Assembly (NCBI GenBank): GCA_964436385.1
Contig: CAYTCO010000003.1
Coordinates: 5,342 to 69,341, forward strand
Length of the DNA stretch: 64,000 nt
Reading direction: 5' to 3'
DNA from: an uncultured Gammaproteobacteria bacterium
Lineage (GTDB): Bacteria; Patescibacteriota; Microgenomatia; Levybacterales; GWA1-39-11
The notes under the pieces were generated by a model. It did not search any database. It saw only the letters and a list, made by a program, of their open reading frames with translations, and was not told the origin of the DNA. The position numbers and the translations under genes are program-made. This document shows, in pieces, positions 8,979 through 17,328 of this stretch; the first letter of the stretch is position 1, and each line of letters opens with the position of its first letter.

Positions 8979-10280
8979 ATGAAGAATGTCGATGTTGTCG
9001 TGGGTATTGATATTGGGTCGTCAAAAGTAGCAACTCTTATAGCGCGCGCCGATGATGATGTAATAAATATCTTAGGTGTAAGCGAAGTCCCCTCAAAAGG
9101 AGTTAAAAAAGGCCAGATAGTAAATATTGAGGAAGCATCAGACGCTATTAACTCATCGTTAGATAGCGCAGAGCGAATGGCCGGTCATTCAATAGACCGT
9201 GTATTTGTCTCTGTATCTGGTGTTAACATTGAATCACAAAATTCAAAAGGAGTTGTTGCCGTAAGCCAGCCCGATGGTGAAATTTCAGAATACGACGTTG
9301 AAAGAGTTTTGGAAGCAGCAGGTGCAGTAAGTCTTCCCTCAACGAGAGAAATTATCCACGTTATTCCAAAGACTTTCACGGTCGATGGTGAGGGTGGAAT
9401 AAAGGATCCAGTTGGAATGTCGGGAGTAAGGCTTGAAGTTGACACTCACATAATTACAGCTAATTCCGCAGGTGTTAAGAATGTCGAAAAGATTCTCTCA
9501 TCTGAGGCAGGGGTTAATGTTCAAAGCCTTGTTTTTGCAGGTCTTGCCTCATCCTTATCAGTCCTTTCTGATACAGAAAAAGAGTTGGGGGTAGTTCTTG
9601 CTGATATTGGGGCAGGAGTTACAAATATTGCAATTTACGTAGATGGGTCCCTTTCTTATACAAGTGTTATTCCAATTGGCGCTCGTCACATTACAAATGA
9701 TTTGGCAATTGGACTTAAGATTTCACTTGAAAGCGCTGAGAAGATCAAGCTTTACCTTTCTAAGCACTACACAAGAAGAGTTAGAATTCCAAATAATGAA
9801 GAAAATAGAAAGAATAGACAAGAAGAAGATGAGCTAAATCTTGACGAACTTCATCTTCCAGAAGACGTTAAGAAGGTTTCTGCAAAGACTTTGGTTGAGG
9901 GAATAATAAAGCCTAGGCTAAACGAACTCTTTACAATGATTGCTTTGGAGATCAAAAAGAGTGGATTTGCAACCCAGACACCGGCAGGGCTTGTTATTAC
10001 AGGTGGTGGAGCAAAGACAGTAGGAGCTGAGGAAAGCGCAAAGAGAATGTTATCAATGACTGTTAGAGTAGGTACTCCTCAAAATATTGCAGGTCTTATT
10101 GATGACGTTGAGTCTCCAACTTTTGCAACAGCAGTTGGGTTACTTGAATACTCCAAGAGCTTTAGAGGTGAGGGTGTTTCTGGTCCCGGTCTTGCCGGTA
10201 TGCTCCCAGGATTTAAATTCGAAATTCCATCGGTTAATTCTCTCACTAAGCTTCTCAAAAAATTCCTGCCAAAGAAGTAG
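8979..10280 (+). CDS. ftsA: Cell division protein FtsA (actin-like ATPase)
   Basis: VVGIDIGSSKVATLIAR is the actin-fold phosphate-1 motif. The protein is 433 aa and sits immediately upstream of ftsZ. Confidence 0.85.
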   Translation: MKNVDVVVGIDIGSSKVATLIARADDDVINILGVSEVPSKGVKKGQIVNIEEASDAINSSLDSAERMAGHSIDRVFVSVSGVNIESQNSKGVVAVSQPDGEISEYDVERVLEAAGAVSLPSTREIIHVIPKTFTVDGEGGIKDPVGMSGVRLEVDTHIITANSAGVKNVEKILSSEAGVNVQSLVFAGLASSLSVLSDTEKELGVVLADIGAGVTNIAIYVDGSLSYTSVIPIGARHITNDLAIGLKISLESAEKIKLYLSKHYTRRVRIPNNEENRKNRQEEDELNLDELHLPEDVKKVSAKTLVEGIIKPRLNELFTMIALEIKKSGFATQTPAGLVITGGGAKTVGAEESAKRMLSMTVRVGTPQNIAGLIDDVESPTFATAVGLLEYSKSFRGEGVSGPGLAGMLPGFKFEIPSVNSLTKLLKKFLPKK

Positions 10281-10348
10281 AAAAAAATAGTTAAAATTAG
10301 TTGTTTGAAAAGTAATTTTAACTGTGTTAGTATTGGACTTATCTTCAT

Positions 10349-11515
10349 ATGTTAATTAAGCCTCAAACAGCAAGCTTCGCAAAAATAAGAGTCATGGGAA
10401 TAGGTGGAGGAGGCGGAAATGCTACCAATTCAATGATCCTAGATGGTCAAATTGAAGGGGTAGATTTTATAGCAGTCAACACGGATGCTCAAGCGCTTCT
10501 CAACTCTCAAGCACAATCAAAACTTCAGATAGGTGAAAATATTACTCGTGGACTTGGATCTGGTGGAAATCCTGATGTTGGTCGTGCAGCAGCTGAGGAG
10601 AGCGTTGAGAGAATAAAGCAGTACTTAGAGGGATCAGATATGGTTTTTCTAACCGCTGGAATGGGTGGAGGAACAGGAACCGGAGCCTCATCTGTTATTG
10701 CAAGAGTTGCAAAAGAGGTAGGTGCTCTAACCGTTGCTGTTGTTACAAAACCATTTAACTTTGAAGGAACACGAAGAATGGTTGCAGCGGAAGATGGAAT
10801 TGAGGAGTTGAAGGAATATGTAGACACACTTATTGTTGTACCAAATCAAAGAATTCTAGATAGTGTAGACAAAAAGTTATCACTTCTTGAGGCATTTAGA
10901 GTTGCGGATTCAGTCCTTGGACACGGTGTTAAGGGCATATCAGATCTTATTACACAAAGCGGATACGTTAATGTCGATTTTGCCGATGTTAAAGCCATAA
11001 TGAATGACGCAGGAACAGCTCTAATGGGACTTGGAGTTGGGGTTGGAGAGAACAGAGCACAAATCGCAGCAAGACAAGCTATTTCATCTCCTCTTCTTGA
11101 GGTGAGTATGGATGGGGCACGCGGAGTTTTATTTAATATTGCAGGTGGAGAAGATCTATCACTTCAAGAGGTTGAGGAAGCATCTAGAATTATTACCCAA
11201 GCAGCAGATCCGGATGCAAACATCATCTTTGGAGCAACTATAGACAAAGGCGCATTTGATTCTATAAGAATTACACTTATTGCAACAGGCTTTGATGAGT
11301 CAAGAAAAAGACTTCAGCAAATGGTCCAAAGTACGATGGAAGAACAGGGACAAGATTACGGAAACGCAAATATGCAGGACAATAACCCTCAACAGGATCC
11401 ATATGGAGGAGGAAACATCAGTAATCCAACATTTCAGGCTGAAGAACCATCCCGTCGGGATGACGACGAAGAATCAGTCTTTGATATCCCCGCATTTCTG
11501 AGACAGAAAAATTGA
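10349..11515 (+). CDS. ftsZ: Cell division GTPase FtsZ
   Basis: It has the tubulin signature [20 protein letters not shown], and an acidic C-terminal tail ending DIPAFLR. Confidence 0.9.
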   Translation: MLIKPQTASFAKIRVMGIGGGGGNATNSMILDGQIEGVDFIAVNTDAQALLNSQAQSKLQIGENITRGLGSGGNPDVGRAAAEESVERIKQYLEGSDMVFLTAGMGGGTGTGASSVIARVAKEVGALTVAVVTKPFNFEGTRRMVAAEDGIEELKEYVDTLIVVPNQRILDSVDKKLSLLEAFRVADSVLGHGVKGISDLITQSGYVNVDFADVKAIMNDAGTALMGLGVGVGENRAQIAARQAISSPLLEVSMDGARGVLFNIAGGEDLSLQEVEEASRIITQAADPDANIIFGATIDKGAFDSIRITLIATGFDESRKRLQQMVQSTMEEQGQDYGNANMQDNNPQQDPYGGGNISNPTFQAEEPSRRDDDEESVFDIPAFLRQKN

Positions 11516-11621
11516 CGTTTAGTTTTCATATTTCCTACATATTACCCCGTGATTAAGTGATTGACAAGAGTCCTAAACTATATCATCTTGGTTCATTTTT
11601 TGGTAGAATGAGGCAACATAA

Positions 11622-13334
11622 ATGCGATACCAAAAATTCACAGTAAATAATTTTAAAGCAATAAAAAATGCTGAAATTGACCTTACGCAAGAAGGTTTGG
11701 TGTTGCTACTTGGTCTTAACGAATCTGGAAAAACAAGCGTACTTCGAGCAATTGAGGCATTTGATTCATCTAATGACATTGAAGATGCTGATGCAAGGCT
11801 AAGATTTTATAAAGGGATTCGCAACAAGAAGGAAGTAGATTCAACAGCCTCTGTTACGGCACAGATTTTAATTGAAAAAAGCGACAAAGATAGCCTTGTT
11901 GTATTGCTTACGCCCCATATTACGCAAGGAATCAATCCGAAGGATTTACAAATTGATACTCTCCAGATTTGCCGTTTGTTCGAATATAAAAACGCTGAAT
12001 TTGTAAAAGACGACTATCAATTAATGGGAGGTTTAGAAAAGCAACTCACTCTTGCGAATAAGACAGTTGAGAGTAATTTATGTAAAGAAATACTAAAAAT
12101 TCTTCCTTCCATTCAGTATTTTGAGGATTTTAAAGACCAAATTCCCGATTTCATAAGCATAGAAGCTAGTACACAGTACTACGACCCCGATTGGGCTAGC
12201 ACTATCGAGGGAATGTTTTTTCATGCTGACCCGAAAATCACTGTTACTCAGTTTTCAAACCTCGTTGATAAAAATCCACGTCAAACCGTTCTCAATAAAG
12301 TTAATAAAGCCTTAAACAAACAATTTACTGAGAGGTGGAACAAAAAACTAAAGGGTACAAAATCTATTCATAAGGTTGAGCTTGTATATTTCCCAGAGAA
12401 AAAGCTATTTACTTTTGAAATTGTCGGGGCTGATGGCGTAACTGTATTCGCAATTGAGGAAAGAAGCAAAGGCGCATTGTGGTATTTAACATTTCTTCTT
12501 AAAACTGAATTTAGAAAAAGAAAATTGCGTGCCGAATCTGGTAAAACGCTGTATTTGATTGATGAGCCTGGCTCTAACCTTCATTCTTCAGCACAAACAA
12601 ATATGGTAGAGGATTTTAGAACACTCGCAAGTGATTCCAATGTAATCTATACAACCCATAGTCAATATCTTATTGATAAAGAAAATCTTTCAAATGTGTA
12701 CATAGTGCAGGCTGCAAAAGGAGTAGTAAAGGTAACAAAATACCAGCAATACTTACAAGGGAAGAATATTGAAACATCATATTACCAACCAATAATCGAT
12801 GCTCTAGAAATACAGCCATTTACGTTGGATGCTCCTTGGAAAAAAGTAGTGTTAGTTGAAGGAGTCTATGATTATTGCGGATTTAGATTTATGTTTGAGC
12901 AAGTTCTTAAAAAGAAACTTGATTTCGTTATTATGCCTGGTACAGGAGCGTCCACGCTTAAAACTCTCATATCGTTGCATGTTGGATGGGGAGCATCAAC
13001 CTTTGTTTTACTTGATAATGATGATGAGGGAAGAGCAAACAAAGCGAGTTATCAGGTTAAATTTCCGCATATTGAAAAATCAATGCACGTTTTGGATTTT
13101 ATAGGGGTGGCAGGAGATTGTGAGTTTGAACAGATTTTCACTGATAAAGAGCGTAAGGACTTGTCAGCATTGGCGGGCTTCTCAGGACCAGTTACAAAAA
13201 AAGTATTTCAACAAACTCTTGCGAGCATATCCACTTCTGCAACATTATCAAAAAAAGCTACAAAACTAATTTCTTCAGCAACAGAAAAAAGATTTAAGAC
13301 GATACTCTCCTTTATCGAAAAAACCCTCGCATAA
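11622..13334 (+). CDS. OLD-family ATP-dependent endonuclease (ABC-type ATPase + Toprim), class 1 (stand-alone)
   Basis: It has a Walker A (LLGLNESGKTS), Walker B/D-loop (LYLIDEPGSNLH), a C-terminal Toprim-like VVLVEGVYD and VLLDNDDEG, and is 570 aa. No UvrD-like partner gene is adjacent. Confidence 0.65.
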   Translation: MRYQKFTVNNFKAIKNAEIDLTQEGLVLLLGLNESGKTSVLRAIEAFDSSNDIEDADARLRFYKGIRNKKEVDSTASVTAQILIEKSDKDSLVVLLTPHITQGINPKDLQIDTLQICRLFEYKNAEFVKDDYQLMGGLEKQLTLANKTVESNLCKEILKILPSIQYFEDFKDQIPDFISIEASTQYYDPDWASTIEGMFFHADPKITVTQFSNLVDKNPRQTVLNKVNKALNKQFTERWNKKLKGTKSIHKVELVYFPEKKLFTFEIVGADGVTVFAIEERSKGALWYLTFLLKTEFRKRKLRAESGKTLYLIDEPGSNLHSSAQTNMVEDFRTLASDSNVIYTTHSQYLIDKENLSNVYIVQAAKGVVKVTKYQQYLQGKNIETSYYQPIIDALEIQPFTLDAPWKKVVLVEGVYDYCGFRFMFEQVLKKKLDFVIMPGTGASTLKTLISLHVGWGASTFVLLDNDDEGRANKASYQVKFPHIEKSMHVLDFIGVAGDCEFEQIFTDKERKDLSALAGFSGPVTKKVFQQTLASISTSATLSKKATKLISSATEKRFKTILSFIEKTLA

Positions 13335-13343
13335 ATATTACGC

Positions 13344-13380
13344 CATGTCGCATTTCCACTATTGTGCGACATGATTTTGA
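13344..13380 (+). terminator. Hairpin followed by ATTTT downstream of the OLD nuclease gene
   Basis: CATGTCGCA (13344-13352) pairs with TGCGACATG (13365-13373) across a 12-nt loop and is followed by ATTTTGA. It lies 10 bp after the stop codon. Confidence 0.4.
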
Positions 13381-13710
13381 GGCTGGAATATAGAGCTATT
13401 TTAGCGCCTGAGGCTGGACGTATTACTATAAGACATTTTTATAACTCCTTTTGATGGTTTTTCGTATCGTCTCTTCATGTGTGATTTACTGGCGGGCAGG
13501 CGGTACATGGTGGGTGTTTCGTTATTGGCACACTTTTGTTGGCAGTTATAACAAAGCACATCCCCAGCGTGGCCAAATGAGGGTTTAGGGTCCAGGGGTA
13601 GGCAGTTCAAGCCCGTGGTGCGTAGAAGATTTTTTAGAATAACCCCGAAGCTAGAATATACGGTATCTCCTTTCAGGCCAGCCGATTTTTTTTAGGAAAT
13701 TTCTTGTAAA

Positions 13711-13719
13711 TGCTATAAT
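13711..13719 (+). promoter_or_regulatory. Extended -10 element TGcTATAAT
   Basis: TGCTATAAT at 13711-13719 ends only 6 nt before the annotated GTG start at 13726. This implies either a leaderless or very short leader, or a different true start. Confidence 0.25.
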
Positions 13720-13725
13720 GCTCAT

Positions 13726-14091
13726 GTGTTTGGACAAGAGTTAATTAAAAAACTTCCCGAGGATATACAAAAACTTGGAGCAATCGGCACGGTTTCGTAC
13801 ATTGGTGCATTGCTTTGTATGGTTGCAGCTTTTTTAACTGATTTTAGTACAGGTAAGGGATGGGCACTTATTGTTGCAGGGGTTGCACTGCTTACACTAT
13901 CAGGAGCAATTTATCTTAAAGAAACACTTGCACGGACTGCAAACCGTAAAGAAGCACTTACTACATTGAGAGAGGTATACAACCGCCTTGCTGAACAAAG
14001 CACTAAAGGTACAAATGAGCAAACTGTGTCAATAACAATGACTATCGCCGAGCTTCCAAAACGAATATTAGAAGTGCTTCACAAATTATAA
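13726..14091 (+). CDS. Hypothetical membrane protein (2 predicted TM helices)
   Basis: It has a GTG start and hydrophobic stretches (IGTVSYIGALLCMVAAFL and WALIVAGVALLTLSGAIYL) followed by a charged C-terminal tail. No recognisable motif. Confidence 0.4.
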   Translation: MFGQELIKKLPEDIQKLGAIGTVSYIGALLCMVAAFLTDFSTGKGWALIVAGVALLTLSGAIYLKETLARTANRKEALTTLREVYNRLAEQSTKGTNEQTVSITMTIAELPKRILEVLHKL

Positions 14092-14120
14092 TAATTTTGC
14101 TTCTTACTGCAAATGACGGA

Positions 14121-14648
14121 CTACTTAAAAAATTGTTTGAAAAAATTAGCAATACCGTTATATATTGTAGAGAAAAAGTTACCTTGCTGTTGGGGCATGA
14201 TTTTCGGCTCATCATCATAATAATTTTCTTCGCTTGGTATAATTGAATTAGGCTTTAATGTAGGTTTGGGTTCTTCGGTGGGGGTATTTGTATAATAGGT
14301 GCGTTTGGGAGTAGATGCTGATGTAGGCGTAACAACAACCTCTTTAATAACTTCTATTACTTGAGGTACTGATGTGGGGGCTATTGGATTAGGCGCAGTA
14401 TTTTTGCTATCCCAATAACTTTTGCATCTTTGAGCATAATCATTCTTCAAAGATAAATATTTCTGATAGCAAGAATCAAGAATATCGTATGTACCACTAT
14501 ACGAGGTATAAACACAAGCTTTATTGCTCTCATATGGTGGTACGGGTGGTATTACGCACCCTTCTTGTGCCAAAATAGGTAGTGCAGAATTAGAAAATAA
14601 AAAGATGAATAAAAGTACAGTTATGACTTGCTTAATAAAATTTTTCAT
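14121..14648 (-). CDS. Secreted Cys-containing, Pro/Thr-rich protein of unknown function
   Basis: It has an N-terminal signal peptide (MKNFIKQVITVLLFIFLFSNSALPILAQEG), 4 Cys in the first 60 mature residues, and a PT-rich linker. Confidence 0.45.
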   Translation of the reverse strand: MKNFIKQVITVLLFIFLFSNSALPILAQEGCVIPPVPPYESNKACVYTSYSGTYDILDSCYQKYLSLKNDYAQRCKSYWDSKNTAPNPIAPTSVPQVIEVIKEVVVTPTSASTPKRTYYTNTPTEEPKPTLKPNSIIPSEENYYDDEPKIMPQQQGNFFSTIYNGIANFFKQFFK

Positions 14649-15294
14649 ACAACTTGCCTAGGTGTTTAGTAAAAAGTGCATACTCTTCTTCTGCCATCTT
14701 ACTGTTTTCGGTAATTCGCTCATTCAGTAATTCTATATCCTTGTTTAGTATCATAATTTCGTCAAGCATTTTTTCTGATTTTGCTGTTACATACCGTTCT
14801 TTCGAATATAGTTTATTTTTTTCTTCAAGCAGTTTTTGTTTTTCTTCATATTGTACCCATAATGGCTCGCTGTCTTCCCAGTATTCCCAATACGGGCTGG
14901 CATAAAACTTTTTATATGTACTTATGTAATCGTTCTTTTTTTCGTATTCAGTCCCCGCAGTGTAATTAAATGTCATTTCGATTAAAGACCTAGGAGGTTC
15001 CAATGCCTCAAGTTCGCTTATCTTTTCCTTTAAAGCTGCTTTTGCTTTTGTTACTGTATTTCTTTTCTCCAGGTTAATCAGTTTAATCGCATCATACCCC
15101 TCATCTTTTGTAAGGTTATAAAATTTTGCATTAAAATTACCGTTGGTTATAGGAAAAGTAATAATCACAAGGAATACGAATAAACCAATTACGAGTAAAG
15201 CTATCTTTATGAAAAGTCTATAGCTTTTTATTTTTTTGTATATTTTGGTAAAAAACTTAATCATATAACGACTGCTCATGCTTCCTATAACCAT
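14632..15294 (-). CDS. N-terminally membrane-anchored coiled-coil protein of unknown function
   Basis: It has one TM helix (LFIKIALLVIGLFVFLVIITFPI) followed by heptad-like E/K-rich sequence. It overlaps the downstream secreted-protein gene by 17 bp. Confidence 0.45.
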   Translation of the reverse strand: MVIGSMSSRYMIKFFTKIYKKIKSYRLFIKIALLVIGLFVFLVIITFPITNGNFNAKFYNLTKDEGYDAIKLINLEKRNTVTKAKAALKEKISELEALEPPRSLIEMTFNYTAGTEYEKKNDYISTYKKFYASPYWEYWEDSEPLWVQYEEKQKLLEEKNKLYSKERYVTAKSEKMLDEIMILNKDIELLNERITENSKMAEEEYALFTKHLGKLYEKFY

Positions 15295-15391
15295 ACTGTA
15301 TGCATTATCTCATAAATACGCAATACTAATGCGGTTTCGGTGTACGAATATCTAAAATACCATTGTGATAATTTGGTAAGAATATACGACT

Positions 15392-15574
15392 CTAGCTTCT
15401 ATTTTGGTCAATGATTTTTTTTGATTTCATTTCTTCTGCCTTTTGCTTTCCCCTATTTTTTGCCATCTCAAGTAACTTTAGTCTATCCTTTTCTTGAAGA
15501 GTTTTCATCATCTTCTCGTAAATTTGCTCAGCCGTCATTTTTCTTGGATTAAATATGCCAATCAGTTTTTTCAT
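15392..15574 (-). CDS. Small basic (Lys-rich) hypothetical protein
   Basis: The ORF is 60 aa, and its start overlaps the stop of the FtsK-gamma gene by 1 nt, suggesting translational coupling. Confidence 0.3.
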   Translation of the reverse strand: MKKLIGIFNPRKMTAEQIYEKMMKTLQEKDRLKLLEMAKNRGKQKAEEMKSKKIIDQNRS

Positions 15575-15786
15575 TAATTAAGGAATTTATGTTTTATAAC
15601 TTTTATCTTAGTAGACTCTCCCGTTTCGACATAACCCATTTCCTCTAATTTTTTGATTACTTTCTGTGCTCCTAGATAGCCTATTTGAAGCTTCCTTGAG
15701 ATAAATGGCCAAGAAATATAGTCCTCTTTAATAACTATTTCAACGGCACGGTCAATTTGAGTACCATTCTTTCCTTTTCTGCCCAT
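15574..15786 (-). CDS. Stand-alone FtsK/SpoIIIE gamma-domain (winged-helix) protein
   Basis: RAVEIVIKEDYISWPFISRKLQIGYLGAQKVIKKLEEMGYVE matches the FtsK gamma-domain pattern A.E.V...xxxS.S.LQR.LRIGYNRAARLID.LE..G.V. The protein is 70 aa. Confidence 0.55.
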   Translation of the reverse strand: MGRKGKNGTQIDRAVEIVIKEDYISWPFISRKLQIGYLGAQKVIKKLEEMGYVETGESTKIKVIKHKFLN

Positions 15787-15788
15787 AC

Positions 15789-16154
15789 TTAACGATTAGC
15801 CGACACTTCATCTATAATCTTCTTCATGTCTTGATTCATCGATTCAATTTGCAAGTCAGCGTTTTTTCTTTTCACATTGAATTCGTCTAGCTTCCGTGCC
15901 TCTTCTTCAAAATTGCATGTGCTGAGATGAGTAGCACACGCTGTTGCTGTATTGTAGGCTTCAGAGCACGATTCTGCGAGGTTCTGTGATGCTTCCATGC
16001 TACCAATAGCGTTCGATAGAATCCTTGCGGTCAGCTTCTCACTTGAACTTAATTCTGCCCTGGTGTAGATAAATACCACTAAAGCACCTATGAACAAGCA
16101 GGCCATTCCAATTAGTAGTTCTTTTTTAGACAGAATCTGAATTTTCTTTTTCAT
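15789..16154 (-). CDS. Hypothetical single-pass membrane protein with a Cys-containing soluble domain
   Basis: It has one TM helix (LLIGMACLFIGALVVFIY), then an approximately 85-aa domain containing CSEAYNTATACATHLSTC. Confidence 0.4.
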   Translation of the reverse strand: MKKKIQILSKKELLIGMACLFIGALVVFIYTRAELSSSEKLTARILSNAIGSMEASQNLAESCSEAYNTATACATHLSTCNFEEEARKLDEFNVKRKNADLQIESMNQDMKKIIDEVSANR

Positions 16155-16488
16155 GCTGTTTTATATGCCCATCAACCTCATCCGATATTCTTTTATCCTT
16201 CTCCCTTCTTTTTTTAGCATCATCCTCTAGGGCTGAATAATGCATCCTATCATATTTGTCATAAACCATTTCCTGACCAGCAAGAAAACCCGTAATTGAA
16301 AATATGATTATAACCGTAAAGACCGAGAAAAAATCCGACTTACCCAGTGCAAAATAAACGAAAACTAATCCCCCAAAAAACAGAACTCCAACTACAAATT
16401 TTGTGTGCTTATACCCTCTCATATTATAAATAAGCTCAAGAACATCATAACTCCGACTAACTTTTATTTCAATAGGAATTAAGGCCAA
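16126..16488 (-). CDS. Hypothetical membrane protein (2 TM) with a charged C-terminal tail
   Basis: It is the first gene of a minus-strand operon that diverges from the XRE gene. It has two hydrophobic helices followed by a K/E/D-rich tail. Confidence 0.4.
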   Translation of the reverse strand: MALIPIEIKVSRSYDVLELIYNMRGYKHTKFVVGVLFFGGLVFVYFALGKSDFFSVFTVIIIFSITGFLAGQEMVYDKYDRMHYSALEDDAKKRREKDKRISDEVDGHIKQHEKENSDSV

Positions 16489-16500
16489 ATGCTCGCTCTA

Positions 16501-16520
16501 GGCTAGTGGAGTCTCTAGCC
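16501..16520. promoter_or_regulatory. Short inverted repeat GGCTAG-N8-CTAGCC in the divergent promoter region
   Basis: It lies in the 53-bp gap between the minus-strand operon start (16488) and the XRE regulator start (16542). It is a candidate operator. Confidence 0.25.
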
Positions 16521-16541
16521 AATAGCTATCAAAATTAGGAC

Positions 16542-16760
16542 ATGGGTAAAACACCAAAGATTTACGAGAAGCTAGGAAGAAAGATTCAGAAGGCCAGAAA
16601 AGAAAAAGGTATAACCCAGGAGAGATTAGCCGAGCTTTCAGATATATCGAGAACTCATATGGGGCATATTGAGCAGGGAAGAAGACAACCTACTCTGGAT
16701 GTTATACAGAAAATTGCAAAAGCATTGAAAATGAAAGCAAACGAACTAATCCCCTTCTAA
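16542..16760 (+). CDS. XRE-family (Cro/CI-type) helix-turn-helix transcriptional regulator
   Basis: ITQERLAELSDISRTHMGHIEQGRRQPTLDVIQKIAKALKMKANEL is the classic HTH_3 pattern. The protein is 72 aa and is divergent from the membrane-protein operon. Confidence 0.8.
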   Translation: MGKTPKIYEKLGRKIQKARKEKGITQERLAELSDISRTHMGHIEQGRRQPTLDVIQKIAKALKMKANELIPF

Positions 16761-17116
16761 TACTATAAGTCTAGTAATTGTTAAGATAGTGTTAGGTGTG
16801 ATTTTAAGCTTTATTTATGCCTGATTACGCTTAAAAATAAATCAACTTTTCCTACGTATTATAAGTCATTTATCTATACCAACGGAGTGTTTTAAGGATG
16901 ATATTTTGAAATCGTCCTTGACAAATACAGTTTTAGTCGGATAGGGTAAATATTAATCCAGGTTGAGAACTGGCATTGTAAAGGGCTAAGTCTGACACGC
17001 AATGTTAAACAAAGATGGGTCAGAGGGAGTAAAGGTAAGAGTATATAGGTCAGCAAGCATACAATCTCACAGTGTGCAGAGATGAGGCACGGGGTTGTAC
17101 TTCAAGAGGGAGCAGA

Positions 17117-17166
17117 GGTCATATATGACCCAATGGCTTGGAGTTTTACAAACACTTACAAACACT
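17117..17166. repeat. 14-bp perfect palindrome GGTCATATATGACC followed by a tandem 2 x TACAAACACT
   Basis: The palindrome is at 17117-17130 and the tandem 10-mers at 17147-17156 and 17157-17166. They lie inside a 568-bp non-coding gap (16761-17328) next to the integrase gene. Confidence 0.4.
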
Positions 17167-17328
17167 CACGAAATAATGAGTCAATTTGCACTAACTCTAA
17201 TGGGGGGAAGGGGGGAGGTTTGCTCCGCAAACAAAGATAGAAAAAAAGCCATTTTTAATTCTATTAAAAAATGCTTAAGAAAGAAAAAAAGTAATAAAGT
17301 AATTTTAAACTTAAAGCTACTTAAAACT

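Noticed and set aside
11535-11563. A dif-like Xer target near the element's left end (TTTCCTACATATTACC resembles Firmicutes dif arms).
   Set aside because: The similarity is loose, no matching second copy is present at the right end, and ftsZ is not a terminus-proximal locus. It is kept only as something to test, not as a claim.
11562-11612. Sigma70-like promoter for the OLD gene (TTGACA at 11562 and TGgTAGAAT at 11601-11609).
   Set aside because: The two elements are not correctly spaced relative to each other (about 34 bp apart). Only the extended -10-like TGgTAGAAT is plausible, which is too weak to call as a feature.
13401-13610. 69-aa minus-strand ORF within the GC-rich intergenic patch.
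   Set aside because: It has no recognisable motif or start context. The region is better explained as structured non-coding sequence.
13590-13640. A GTTCAAG T-loop-like string (GGCAGTTCAAGCCCGTGG) that could hint at a tRNA/tmRNA 3' end used as an integration target.
   Set aside because: I could not build a T-stem, an acceptor stem or a CCA-proximal structure on either strand. The GC-rich stretch near 18700-18740 also does not fold into a tRNA. No tRNA is called.
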